Source of the DNA: Adineta vaga
Taxonomy: Eukaryota; Animalia; Rotifera
Assembly (NCBI GenBank): GCA_021613535.1
Contig: CP075493.1
Span: forward strand, 6,138,001-6,202,000
Length of the DNA stretch: 64,000 nt
Direction: 5' to 3'
Part shown: one piece after another, positions 51,063 through 64,000 of the stretch
Numbering within the stretch: the stretch's first letter is position 1
Layout: every line of letters starts with the position of its first letter
Position numbers and translations under genes: made by a program
Notes under the pieces: model-generated
Database searches by the model: none
What the model was told of the DNA's origin: nothing
Seen by the model: only the letters and a program-made list of their open reading frames with translations

Positions 51063-54034
51063 ATGGATGATATTTTTGATCGAACAAAAAATTTGGAATC
51101 ATTAGTATTAGTGTGGCTTGATATGCAAGTTACTGTAAACAGTGAAATTGAAAAAAAACTGCGTACAATAATTGATTATTTCAAGTTATTCAAAAAAATA
51201 GAAGAATGTTATGATTACATCAAAGAAATCAAAGAAGAGAAACTATTTTTCATTATTTCAACAAACGATCATAATGTAAAACAAGTTTCACAATTCTTAA
51301 CATTCCTACATCTATCTAATCAAATGCAGCACATATATGTTTATAATATAGACACTTGTCTTTGCCAAGATTGGATTACAGCTTATCCTAAGGTAAGAGA
51401 ACAATCGTATGAAAAAGATAGTCTCTATTTCACATTTTGAATGTAGTCAAAGTGGTCGATGAGTACCTCAGAGAAGATGTGAGAAATTCATTCACTCCCC
51501 ATAGTTAACAGATTATAGAGAGTATTATTATTCTTTATATTTAGATATGTGGTATTTACAATGCAATCGACGAAATGTTAAATGCACTGAGTGAAAAGGT
51601 GATTCATTTAAATAAATATGCGAATTTCGTTTTTGAATGTTCGGCAGCTGACAGTACAACATCATTCATTGGTGGAAATGAAGTCTGGTATCAACGTTCA
51701 ATTGATATTTCACTTGAAGTTCTCGTCGATATAGATAGTCGTCAGTTATTAATTGATAAATGTAAAATATATTATGAAGGAAATAGTATGACTGAAAAGG
51801 TCATCGAAGAATTTGAAAAGACTTATTCATCAGAAAAAGCCGTTTGGTGGTATACAAGAGATTCTTTTTTATATCGTATTATAAATGGAGCTTTACGACA
51901 AAAACAAGTCGCCATTATTCAATACTTACAATTCTTCTTGAGAGATATGTATAACCAATTATTATCAGTACACAATGACTATTTAGAATATTTTGATGAT
52001 TCTCCATTACGAGTCTATCGTGGTCAATTGATGACAAGAGAAGAAGTTGTATGTCTCGAAAAATTTGCTGGTTTTACGTACTCAATCAACTGCTTTTTCT
52101 CAACAACAAAAAATCGATCAACTGCATTGATCTATTCTGGCCATACTCATTCAACTGTATCCACTGTGACGAATTACATTTCAGTTTTATTTGAAATTGA
52201 AGCCGATCCACATTTTAAACGAAAACCATTCGGTCCTGTTGGCCATCTTAGCTATTTTGGTTGGCAAGAAGATGAAGTGTTATTTATGATTGGTGCTTTG
52301 TTTCTCTTAACTTCAAGTAAATACGATGAAAAAGAAAATGTGCACATTTTTCGAATGAAACTAGTCGGTGATCAAAATCTACCATATCCCGATCATCAAT
52401 CACTATCGACCATTTCGATGGAATCTCATTTCATTAATGTTGGTTATCTAATACAAAATTCGTATTTACATAAAAATTATTCTGATAAATACTATCAACA
52501 ACTACTAAATAATTTTCATACAGTCAATAAATACAGTTGTGCTTCACATGTTGCTTTAGGTTGGATTGCTTGTGAAAATGGTGATTATGATTTGGCAATG
52601 AATTATCAAAAAATAGCATTGCAATATTATGAACAACTTCAATTGTCATCAACTGATCTATTAGTCAATATGTACAATTGTTTGGGTGAAGTATATCGAA
52701 AACAAGATAAATATGAACAAGCACTTTCGTTTTATTCAAAAGCCGAAGAACAGAACTGTTGTAATTATCTTACTCGTTATTGGATAAATCTTGATGGTTT
52801 TAGAAATATTAGTTTAATTCATATAGCTTCTATTTATAAATTACAGCAAAAGTTCGATTTTGCGTGGAGAATATATCAACAGATAGTTGATCAATTAATC
52901 GATATTGATTTGCACAAAATAATCTTTGAATACATATTAAAAGCTTATTATGCCAGTTTAGAAAATCGTAAATCTTTTATTGATTATATCATGATGTATT
53001 TACCAACACATTATGAGTTATTAGTTCATTCTTATGTACACATTGTTGAACTGGCGATTTGGGACAAAAACTATGACTTTGCTATCGACTGTTTAAAATC
53101 TCTTTTGGAAATAGAGTTGAAATCGGGCAAAGGTATCGATGATCAAGAGCAGCATCATTACAGTAATACGCCTCTATTATATAAAAGAATCGGTTGCATC
53201 TATCGAGAGAAAGGTGATGTGGATTTAACAATTGAATGGTTCGAAAAAGCTCTTGGTACCAGTTATAAACTGAATCCGTTTTTATCAAATAAATATCCTG
53301 TAACAGCTAGAGATATTGCTCTATTTGTATGCCGAAAAGATGGCGATAACATTCTATTAGCTGTCGAATGGTATGAAAAATGTGTGGAAATGTTAATAAA
53401 AGATCAATACAATTTAAGTTCTTGCAGTACGAATCTTGAAAAGAATAAGATCGTTGTCATCAACATCGAAAACGAAGTATATTACAAGAGGTTTTTACAA
53501 GAGCGTATATCTGACTTAAAACTCGGTTGGAATAGAGTGGATCCGGCATTTGCTATCGGCAAGGATGAATGTCAATTCAGTAGTGCGATTGCACGATGTT
53601 ATCTCGACATGGGCAATTTATGTGACAAGTCTGGAATAAACCATGAATATTATAAAAAAGCTGTTCTATTAATTTTAACGAACGAATTACAGTATATGTA
53701 CAACAGTTCTACAATAAAAACACTGAGCGAAGTCAGACGTTATTTTCAACGACGACAACTTGATAAATATTACGCATACAAATATTATTTGCATGATGAT
53801 ATTCAAATTTCTTGGCACGTACTTCCTCAACAAAGCTTGAATAATGACTGTTTACAACTTGTCCGAACAGATCCTTGTAGCAACCCATCGAATGTGACAA
53901 TCAGTGTTGAACTGATACATGACTTATTTTGCGACAACAAATATCGTCCTGAAACAAACTATAATAACTTTTTTGCTTCAAAACTGGATGGAATTGTTTC
54001 GAAACAATACCTTGTCTCGCAAGAAAACATTTAA
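51063..54034 (+). CDS. NAD:arginine ADP-ribosyltransferase (R-S-E type) plus TPR repeat protein
   Basis: Exons 51063-51392 and 51545-54034 in phase 0. LVWLD N-domain, WWYTRDSFLYRIINGALR, VYRGQ, FFSTT, QEDEVLF, then TPRs (YNCLGEVYRKQDKYEQALSFYSKA). Confidence 0.9.
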
Positions 54035-55990
54035 TGCTGATCGTGTCATTAGCAATAGGAACGATTTATTCGACAGCACTTACCCACGCAACATTTTAGA
54101 GTTTAACATAATGGAAAAGAAAGATCTTCAACGTTTTAATATGTCGATGCAACCTAACTGTCGTCGAACATCACAGTAAAAACACAAACTGAAAAGGGTA
54201 CATCTGTATCGAATAATGGAAAAATGAATTTTACAAAAAATAAATCATTCTCAAGATTACTTCATTGTTTCTAATCATATAGATATCGGAGAAGTTCACA
54301 ATTTCAAGTTTTGATTCTAGTGAAAATCTGAATACACGAATTCAGTTAATCGTATTATTCTGAGGTGTTGTAGATTCGTATAGTAGTTCATCTGGATTAT
54401 TTCGGTAGTGTTTCTTGTAAGATTCTCGATAGCTTAGATCGCGTGAGAGATTAACTAAATTAAAATAATTGGTTTCTAATCTTTACAAAAACAAAATAGT
54501 AGAACAATCATTGAACTTCCGGTAGTCGAAGTTGCCAACTTATTGATAAGAGAAATAGATCATGTTCATCGAGCATTCAATTTTCTGACTAATAAACAGG
54601 AGTCTTCAAGTATATTTGCGATAAATCTAGTTCTGAAAATCAATATACTTTCTCTTAACACTAACAATCTAAATACTCTTTAAAGATCTATATTTTGAAG
54701 ACATTTTGTTTATGAAATAGTTAGATAACTAAGGCACAAGATTCTCAAATATACAAAAGTTGATCATATCAAGAAAAACAACTCTATGAATTATTTTCAT
54801 TGTTACATGTATTCTATTACACGCATCTTCTCTCAATTCTTATCAACTTCTGGATTGTAGACCTTGCTTCTGTATGAATACCATAATATCGGTCACATAT
54901 TGACAACAAAAATCATTGTCATTAATAAAAAGATATAACGGAAACATTTCTCGTGTGATCTAAAGTTTGTTTTTCTTATACATTCTCATGATAATGTCTA
55001 ATCAATACACACGTACATTTTATGATATTTGTAAATTATTGCTATAATCATAATTGATGTACATACAACAACAGTGATGATGAAAATATAAACAAGAGAA
55101 AGTTCTGATATTTACAGTTAGTTGCTCTTACAAGCATCCATTTCCTCTGAGTATATATGTATATTGACATACGCAGCGTTGTGTATGTGTTTAAGAAGAT
55201 GGATGTAATCTGAAGAGAGTACAAGACACATTTTTATTTATAATTAAGAAAAGCAACGGTGTTATAGCCGATAGGGATAATAAGAAAGTGACTTGCATCA
55301 TACTTTGTCTTTATCTTTTCTCCGCCTTTTTCGCCTTCATTATCATTATCATCATCTACATCTACTTTTTCTTCTCTGGATCTTCTGTTATTCTCACTAG
55401 TCATCTCGTCTCCCTATTGATGATTATGTCTACTAACGAAGACAAGTAGTCAAAGATGATAGAAAGATATGCAGACGAGAAGAACAGGAAAGAAGTCGTT
55501 CTCTCGTATTTTCTTGCTTCGAAGAAGAGAAAATAGGAGAATATCTCCTCTTATTTTAGACAACGACAATTCTGTCATAAAAGAAAGCTCTATGTCCAAG
55601 ATTTTAGTATATAATTCCTTTTTTTCTCACAAAATATATCATCATCATCATTATCATCAAGCATTATTTCGAAATATATATATTCACTCATGAAAAAAGA
55701 AAAGAACAACTTTTCTTCCATCTATAAAACAGTTCACATGGAACATTTGTTCTTACTACTCAACCATTTTTCCTATTAAAATAACGAACTATCATCGATA
55801 AAGTAGTACCAAACGTCGATCCTCATTAGTATCTATTACGTTCGATTCTTTTCCTATTACTCTTCGTACGTATATACAAATACAAACATACGCACACAAA
55901 CGTTTATTCTAATCAACAAATAGCGAAGCCAACAAAAAAATAAAACTCATCTTTACAATTTTTTACGTGAGAAAAAAAGGCCAAGAAATC

Positions 55991-58900
55991 ATGGATAACA
56001 ATCATGATAAAACGGGTAAAGAACGTTATCAACACCATCGATCTCCTGTTTTCAAACTTCTTCGACGTCATCGCAATCAATTACCGGTATCTTCATCAAC
56101 ATCCTCAACACGACTAAATGACCTACAGAATCGAAATCGTAATTCAATCATTAATTCACCAAAAACAAATATAAAACGAAGTAAGTCTCTACCATAAAAC
56201 AATCCTAACTTGTTCTTAATGTACATTTGCCATTATTATGTGGAGAAAAACCTTGGCCTAACATTGACATGTCGTATGATGCAATCAAAAAGTCCAATTA
56301 ATTACTCATCGAGTTTATTTTAACTGAATAGACGAACAGCTATTATTCATCTATTAACTAAATCAAATCTAAATGATTCTTTAATAGTCGTTTGTTATTC
56401 AAAGAAAATGGATATGATATCGATCGATCATATCATGTCTTCTTTCAAGATTGTTAGTAATAGCAACTGAGCTAATATAAGACTATATAATCCCTAAGGC
56501 AATTTGAAGATCATGTTTGTATGTATAATATAATTAAAAAAACGCAAAAATAATCGATATTGTCAATGAAAGAAAAAAAGAGGAACAGATTTGATTGTTC
56601 TCGTAACGGATATGGCTCTATTGCTTTCTTTTTTCACTGCTATTTGTCATAATTTCAGACCTGTAACAGACTCGTACATGTAGGAGTGGCTTCGACAGTT
56701 TTTTCTCTCTCTCTCTCTTGCCTGGTTAACTATCAATCTTCATTTGTCTATTTTTGTTTTTTTTAGAGACTGCACATATATTCGACTATGACTATCCATG
56801 TAGTAATTCAAATAATTCAGCAAGATTTACAGCTGACTGGTCATCAACGGATGTAACTACAGGTATAATTTCTTTTCATAGGAATTCTGAATACACTATC
56901 TCTTCCATATCATTGTCATCTAACGATGATGATGGTGATGACATAGTTCTTTTTTGTATCTAAATAACTATATTAATTTAATTGTATGATACGATCAGAG
57001 GACAAATCAAATGCTTCGTTTCTCTTATTTGTGTATTGATGCATTCTTATCGCTGTCGTCAATCTGTTTTTGACTACGAACTAACTCTTATTACTTTTTC
57101 TTCTCTCATTATCGAACGTTTTGTACAGGTTTGCCTTTCTAACTAATGTTAGGAAACTGTTTTTTGCTATAAAGACCATCTTGTCAAGAGTTGATTATCA
57201 TTCTCATCTTTATGATCTGTCGGCAATACTCATCATCTTAAAACGACTTCTTTTCTCTTTCTGTCTGTCTTCTAATACCACCGAGACCCTTATCATTGAT
57301 TTGTTATTATAAAAATAAGTCAAAGAGCGTCGTCTACTACTACTCAATTATGATAACTTTGGTTTCGTCTTTTTTCCCCCTTTGTTATAATGAGCATAAA
57401 AGAATTTTTCGTAATTTGATCTGAGAATATTATTATCTTAAATAACAAACACAAATTTCAATAGAAACAAAGACAGTTGTTGATTATTTCCCATTTTTTC
57501 TACGCGATAACATTCTAATGAATAGTTTAGAAAAGAATTTTTTTTCAGAAATAAGAAAAAAAAGTAATACCAAACGATTAGTTTTATTGGAATTTAAACG
57601 AAAAAAGCATCTGTATCAATTTTCTCATCATTCCTTCTTTCGAATTGATTAAATATCTTGTAATATTTTACATACAGATATTGATATTTTTCTTAGTGCG
57701 ATTTTTTCGTAGCCTTGTTTTTTTTATCAGATTTGATAAAGGAAAAAAGAAAGAACATCAATCGATGATTACTTTTCGTATTCATTTTAGCCACAATGGA
57801 TAATAAACATTATTTCGGTTTATATTTAATTCGAATTAAACATAGTTTGATTTTATTTTCGTTATTATTAATTGCTTTTCAAAGTCTTACTTACTTATTA
57901 TTAACTATTTTTTCGAAAAAAGTAAAGTATCTCTTTTTCTTTTGTTTGAAATTGATTCTATTCATCTTCCTCTTCTTCTTTTTTTAGTATCTATTGGCTC
58001 AATTTATTCTTGAAATTGTTCTTTTCTCTTGTATTCTTCTCCTTTCCGTAGTATTAATTGTGTTACTTCAACGAGAAAAATTTCTTCATGCTCATGTCTA
58101 TATATCATGTTTATTGATATGGATTCTATTAACATTATTTGCCATCATACCTGTCCTCTTACAGCAATACACATCAATTATTCGTCTGATGGGTATTATC
58201 ACATTTTCTATTATTACAATTCATACGACCTTACCAGTCTCACGTTCGTGGACTGTATTGATGGCATTAATCACATCTTTTATTCATTTAATGCTTGTTA
58301 TTCGTACGCATCAAGTTCGAAATTTAAAAAATAAATCCTATCGAATGGAATTTAAACTTGAGGTAGATCATTTTTTTTCTGGAAGTGTTAAAAATCATGG
58401 AGCTTTGAGTTTCTTTTTCTCTAGGTAATATGTTTATCATTATTCTATACGACATGTAATCTATTCGGTTTATGTCATCGTTATTTAACCGATGCACATC
58501 AAAAGAAAACTTACCAGAATACAATGCGTTGTATAGAAGCACGTTTAAGACTTGAACGTGAAAAAGAACAACAGGAAACATTGATTCTTAGTGTCATTCC
58601 AGCACATATTGGTATGATAGAAGCGAAGGTTTTATTTGTTGTTTAAGATGTGAGAATTGTTTTTCTTTCTTAATAGCATTAAGTATGAAATCTGAAATGT
58701 TACGTAAAGTCAAAGAAACAGCAAAATATCATAATTTACAATCAAGAGATTATGATGAACGATCGAATACGAAAAAAATTAATGTACGAAAAGCAACATT
58801 TCATGATTTATATATAAAAAAACATGAAAATGTTACGTAAGTTTTTTTTTTCTATGATGATTTTCTTTACCGGTCAGATTTCATAGAATTTTATATGCGG

Positions 58901-61900
58901 ATATTGTCAATTTTACACCATTATCGGAAAAATTTACTCCACCCGAATTAGTACAAATTTTAAATAAACTTTTTGGTAAATTTGACCAGTTAGCACAGGT
59001 AATGTTTTTCTACTCGAAACATTCTTTTTCTTCTTCTAATCTAGAATTTAGGAATGTGATTGTATGCGTATCAAAATTTTAGGTGATTGTTATTATTGTG
59101 TTAGCGGTTTACCCATCAGTCGACCTAATCATGCATCAAACTGCGTTCGAATGGGTTTAAGAATGATTGAAGATATTAAATTAGTACGAGAAGCAACCGG
59201 TGTAAATGTTGATATGAGAATTGGTATACATACTGGACGAGTTTTATGTGGTGTATTAGGTTTAAAAAAATGGCAATATGACACATGGTCAGATGATGTA
59301 ACATTAGCTAATCATATCGAAGCAGGTGGTGTACCAGGGTTAGTAACATTGAACTAGCGATTGAGAAAGTTAATTAAATGTTTTTCTATACAGACGTGTT
59401 CATATATCTGAAAGTACTCTACTTAGTTTGGGTAATGAATATGAAGTGGAAGAAGCACACGGTAATGAACGTGATGCATATATAGCTAAATTAGGTATTA
59501 AAACATATTTTATTGTGCCACGTGATGAACCCAGTGTTCAAAGTCAATTAGCAATGAAGTAATTCGCCATAGAAAATGCCTTTTCTTTAACATTGAATAC
59601 TTGCTTTTTTAGTAGTGGTGATACTCGTAAATTGAGTAAAAAAATGCAGAAATTATTGGATACCTGGTCAAATGAAACACCATTTTCTGCTCAAGGCCTT
59701 GCGGATAATGATAAATCTGATGCCGCGAAAAGTTTTGTTCTTCTCGAAGATAATTTAAAGCCATTAGCAACATCATTTACTTGCTCGTAAGATATTTCAA
59801 TTGACAAAAAAAAAACTCAGAAGTTGAAAGTTTCTATTGTTTAGACGTCGTCGACGAAGTACAAATGATCTTCAACCAATCACTCTTGAATTCAATAAAC
59901 AAGCTAATAAATGTCAAAAAGTTTTAGATGATGATGAAGAAAATCGAACAGCAAGCGAATCAGTATTTCGTTCATTACCTGAATTACGTTATCGATATTA
60001 TGTTATCAATGCAGCTTGTGTTTTCTTTGCTATTTTAGCTATTCAAGCATTAATCCTAGAAAAGTATAAAACAAAATCTTTCTATTTTATACATATTTTC
60101 GTTTTTAGGAATGCTCTTTACTTTGTTTTGATCATTGTTGGATTATGTGCATTTAGTATAGCAGCACTTCTTTGTGTTATCGATCTGTCAAAGGTTTGCT
60201 TGCTTTTTTTCTCACTATCTTTACAAAATAAATCGTCTCTTTTTTTTAGTTACAACGTGACAATCATCGTTCATTATTAGATCAATCGACTTATTTAGTA
60301 TCACATTATTATTTTATTCGTTTACCTGTTAGTCTTCTATTAATTTCCGTTTGTGTATTAACACCATTTGCAGTTTCATGGCAATCGTTGCATCATTCGA
60401 ATAATCGACATATGAATAAAACTATACTACCAAACGTTTCCATTCATCATGATAATATCGATCAAGTAAGCATTAATTCTCTTTACAATTCATACGAATA
60501 TGTACAAAGATAATATCCTGCCTATTTTGTTTAGATTCATTTAGCACCAATGCCAATGATTAGTCTTAGTTCATCATCAAGAAATCCAGCTACCTATGAA
60601 TTTTGTCGCCATTTTGAATTTCATATCTTATTGATTCAATTGGCTCTCTTGACTGTTTCATCATTTATGCATCTATATTTTCTACTCAAAGCATTTATTA
60701 TGATTGCTACAGTTTCTTTCTATGTTTTCTATTCACATTATTTCGGTGTTTACGATATGGTTGCCGAAACTTATGGTTTAACAAGTACTTCATTACTCAT
60801 TCAAACAACATTCGAAGTGATTTTTTTCATTCTTTTATTAATTGGTCTTGATCGACGAGTAAATTAATTTGATCAAAAAAGGAAAAAAAATGTAATGTGA
60901 AAACACAATTTCTTATGATTTAGATTGAATACATGAGTCGTTTGGATTTGTTATGGACAATTAAATTTCAAAATGAAAAACATGAAGTTGAAACAGTTAG
61001 TACAATTAGTCGATTGTTATTAGAAAATATCTTACCAAAACATGTTGCTGAAATCATTATCAAAGAAAATATGAGTCAAGTATGAGATATTTGAACTATA
61101 TGATTGATGGATCTTTGATTATTTTACTTTTTCGTAGGGTTTATATCATGAAAGTTATGATAATGTTGTAGTAATGTTTGCATCCATTCCAAATTTTAAA
61201 GAATTTTATGTACAATCCGATGCAAATAATGATGGATTAGAATGTTTAAGATTATTGAATGAAATTATTGCTGAATTTGATAAAGTTTGTTTTTGTTCTC
61301 CTTCACTAATGAATTCATTTAAAGCTCACATCTCGTTTTAGTTATTAGATAAAAATAAATTTAGTTGTGTAGAGAAAATTAAGACAATTGGTAATACATA
61401 TATGGCTGCTGCAGGACTGAATCCCGGTGCTGAACATCGAATGGTATGATGAATTAATTAAGATTGATTGGATTCTAGACGAATACTATTCTCTTTTCAT
61501 GTAGACAAGAGAACGATATAATCAAAATATAGTTGCACTAGCTGAATTTGCTTTTGCAATGATTGCAGTTCTTGAAGGAATTAATCGAGATTGTTTCAAT
61601 GATTTTAAATTACGTGTTGGCATGTGTAATGGTCCACTTGTAGCCGGTAATTGACGATGGATGTATTTTCTTTATTCCGATATTTTTCTTGCTAGGTATT
61701 GTCGGTGCTAAAAAACCTCAATATGATATTTGGGGAAATACAGTCAATGTTGCATCACGTATGGATAGTACTGGTGTTGTTAGTTGTATTCATGTAAGTA
61801 GAACAAGAATGAAGAAATCAAATAAATATTTCTTTGAGAATTCATAGGTTCCGGAAGAAACTCAAAAAGTTCTATTTGAACATGGTTATCCATGTGAATG

Positions 61901-62009
61901 TCGTGGACCAATTTTTGTGAAAGGTAAAGGTAATATGACAACATATTTGGTTCGACCACGTGGTTATATGGCGCCAACATCGGTCACAAATAATCCGCCA
62001 CATAAGTGA
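55991..62009 (+). CDS. Transmembrane adenylyl cyclase (ADCY2/4/7-like)
   Basis: Two TM clusters. C1: [48 protein letters not shown]2: [43 protein letters not shown]. First exon 55991-56180 and an in-phase 96-nt exon 56767-56862 are inferred. Confidence 0.92.
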
Positions 62010-62243
62010 AAAGAGTTCATTTTGTTTTCGAAGTCAGATTTGATCCCAGTGAACTTCAACTCACGTGAACATGTGTGTTTTTCTTTCTTTCTTTCTTTTA
62101 TTGTTATATGTATGTAATGATGAAGAGAACAGTAGTGATCATTGATTTCGTCTCTGCTTTATTTTTCTTTTCTTTTACACAATTAAAAACAAAAATTATA
62201 GAAATATAAATCTGACGGACGACAAAATCAACAAGTCTTTTCT

Positions 62244-64000
62244 TTATTTTGGTTGTCGTCGTGCTCGAGGAAGTGATGTTGTCGGTCGTTTAGCTAAAAG
62301 AAAGGAGTATAGGAACAATGATATATAATCCATAGACTTACAGTAATCAACAGTTTGATCTCTACTTGCTGGTTGACTTGAAACATTGTCTGAAGTGTTC
62401 TTATTTCTAGAGAAATGAATGTTTACAATTCGGTTGAATCTTGATTGAAACAAATTTATATTTACTCTAAAACTGTTTGTTTTTCATGTTCTGTAAGAAT
62501 TCTTTCATCAGAAAATAGTATGGTATTATATGGTACTTCTGGATATTCTCTTCCATCTTCTTGATCATTCATTCTATCCAATATACCAGTCCAAACAAGT
62601 AAATCATCGACAAGTAACTATTTATGAAACATTGATTTTTCAAAATAAAACATGAAAATAAATATTTACATACAGAGAATTCTCGTACACCACGATTAGG
62701 TGTTTTCGCATAATTCCATATTTTAATCATTGATACAGATGTTGGTCGATCGAAAATAACGAAAACGCGATTAATCTATGTTATCAAAAACAATGTATCA
62801 TTGTTTTCTATACAATATTTCAATGAGATTACATACAACATTCGGTAGAATTGGTGCAATCCAAGAATGACTTCCATCGATATCATCATTTTCTCCATCG
62901 ATTAATTTATCTGGTGTACGTACGTCATCATCTGTACCTGGATTTAATGCATTTACACTATGAGGATATGCAGCAATATCTATGAGAAATCGAATAAATG
63001 TTTCATCTCTCGAATTTTTATCAAAGTAAATGTATTACTCTGTTGGATTAAACCAATACGTTCACCATTATCATCATAAAATTCGATACCATTTAAACCA
63101 ATATAATATGCATCACCATGTGTTGAATGAAGTTGAAATTCGAAAATGACTATAAAAAAGAGAGAAGATTTTCTTTGTATTGAATGTAAAACTACACTCG
63201 TTCAGATAACTTACAGCCATTTGGCATTGATATATCTAAATCAGGATTTTGATTACTCGCTGCTGCTTGTCTAAATTTTGAAAAAGATTATTTCGTTTGA
63301 ATATTTCTATGAAGATCACCTTACCGCTGTTGTTTTTGTTGGTCTGGAAGCATTGTTTTCGCATGTGCAAAGACAATTTCTTGTACAAAATCAAAATAGC
63401 AATGACCAGGTGCACGTCGTAACAGAAATCCTTGTCGTGGTGAAATAATCTTATCGTTCAATTGAACATGAAGACGTTTAATCTATTTGTTTTTGTAAAA
63501 TAAACCAAATCAATTCTCAATGTTTTTCTTCTTCTTACAATCGAAAGAAAAACTCACCCCTCGATAAGTATCATCCGGTGATTGATTATAGTTCCATATA
63601 CGTAAACCATGCAATTTTTTTGATACACTTAATGTAATCATAATACGCACCCGATCGTTCCTATTAAATGGACATAACCACATATGATTCGGATGACATG
63701 TCACATTTTCACTGTCGAATAAACTTGATGAAACGAAAAGAGAAGAATAATGAAATTTTCATTGTATCCTTTTTATCTTACTTTTCAAGTTTCTGAACAG
63801 CATTTGTATAATTCGACAGGACAGTAATATCTCGTGGACGAGCATCATATGTTTGAATGACACAATCAGCATCATTAACATCGACAACTTCAAGACCTGT
63901 TAAACCACAAAAATCTGGATCACCCCATGTATCTGTGACTGTTAAAATTAATTCTAAAAAACACATAGATAAATCAAATTAATATTCGTTCTGATGTGAA
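62244..64000 (-). CDS. KATNIP: Katanin-interacting protein (KIAA0556, DUF4457), 3' part; continues beyond the window
   Basis: TWGDPDFCGLTGLEV, HMWLCPF, LRIWNYNQSPDDTYRG, STHGDAYYIGLNGIEFY, IKIWNYAKTPNRGVREF. Confidence 0.9.

Noticed and set aside
53919-54179. Overlapping ORF at the end of ART-TPR as a frameshift extension
   Set aside because: No recognisable domain or slippery site, and the main ORF ends cleanly.
1-64000. CRISPR arrays, rRNA, tRNA or prokaryotic operons
   Set aside because: The sequence is intron-rich eukaryotic DNA, and no repeat-spacer array or structural RNA gene was recognised by eye.

Overview
AT-rich (roughly 28-30% GC by eye), gene-dense eukaryotic nuclear DNA with many ~50-60 nt GT-AG introns. 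The gene content, especially an ADP-ribosyltransferase-TPR gene, points to a bdelloid rotifer (inference). About 28 protein-coding genes can be modelled: RWDD1, ATXN3, TPD52, ITFG1, a 63-aa membrane microprotein, AMD1, KCTD5, LIPE, FBL, DESI-like, C1orf74-like, TAF11, PNPO, TP53INP/DOR, two tandem SLC35B3, a catalytically dead cathepsin, a peptide GPCR, KChIP, a single-pass membrane protein, RUNDC1, GPN2, a PLDLR-motif protein, a two-domain small HSP, ART-TPR, adenylyl cyclase and partial KATNIP. Main observations: (1) the AMD1 UGA stop is followed 6 nt later by a 23-bp GC-rich hairpin and an 83-codon in-frame tail, with a tiny uORF upstream, suggesting structure-stimulated readthrough in a polyamine gene; (2) hormone-sensitive lipase has two alternative terminal exon sets, each supplying its own catalytic Asp and His; (3) a 788-bp Gypsy/Mag-derived element is bounded by inverted LTR ends and a 5-bp TSD; (4) operon-like gene clusters have acceptor sites just before start codons; (5) a recurrent CTCF-like motif lies upstream of several genes. 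Gene models were spliced by eye, so family calls are from recognised motifs and not from database searches.
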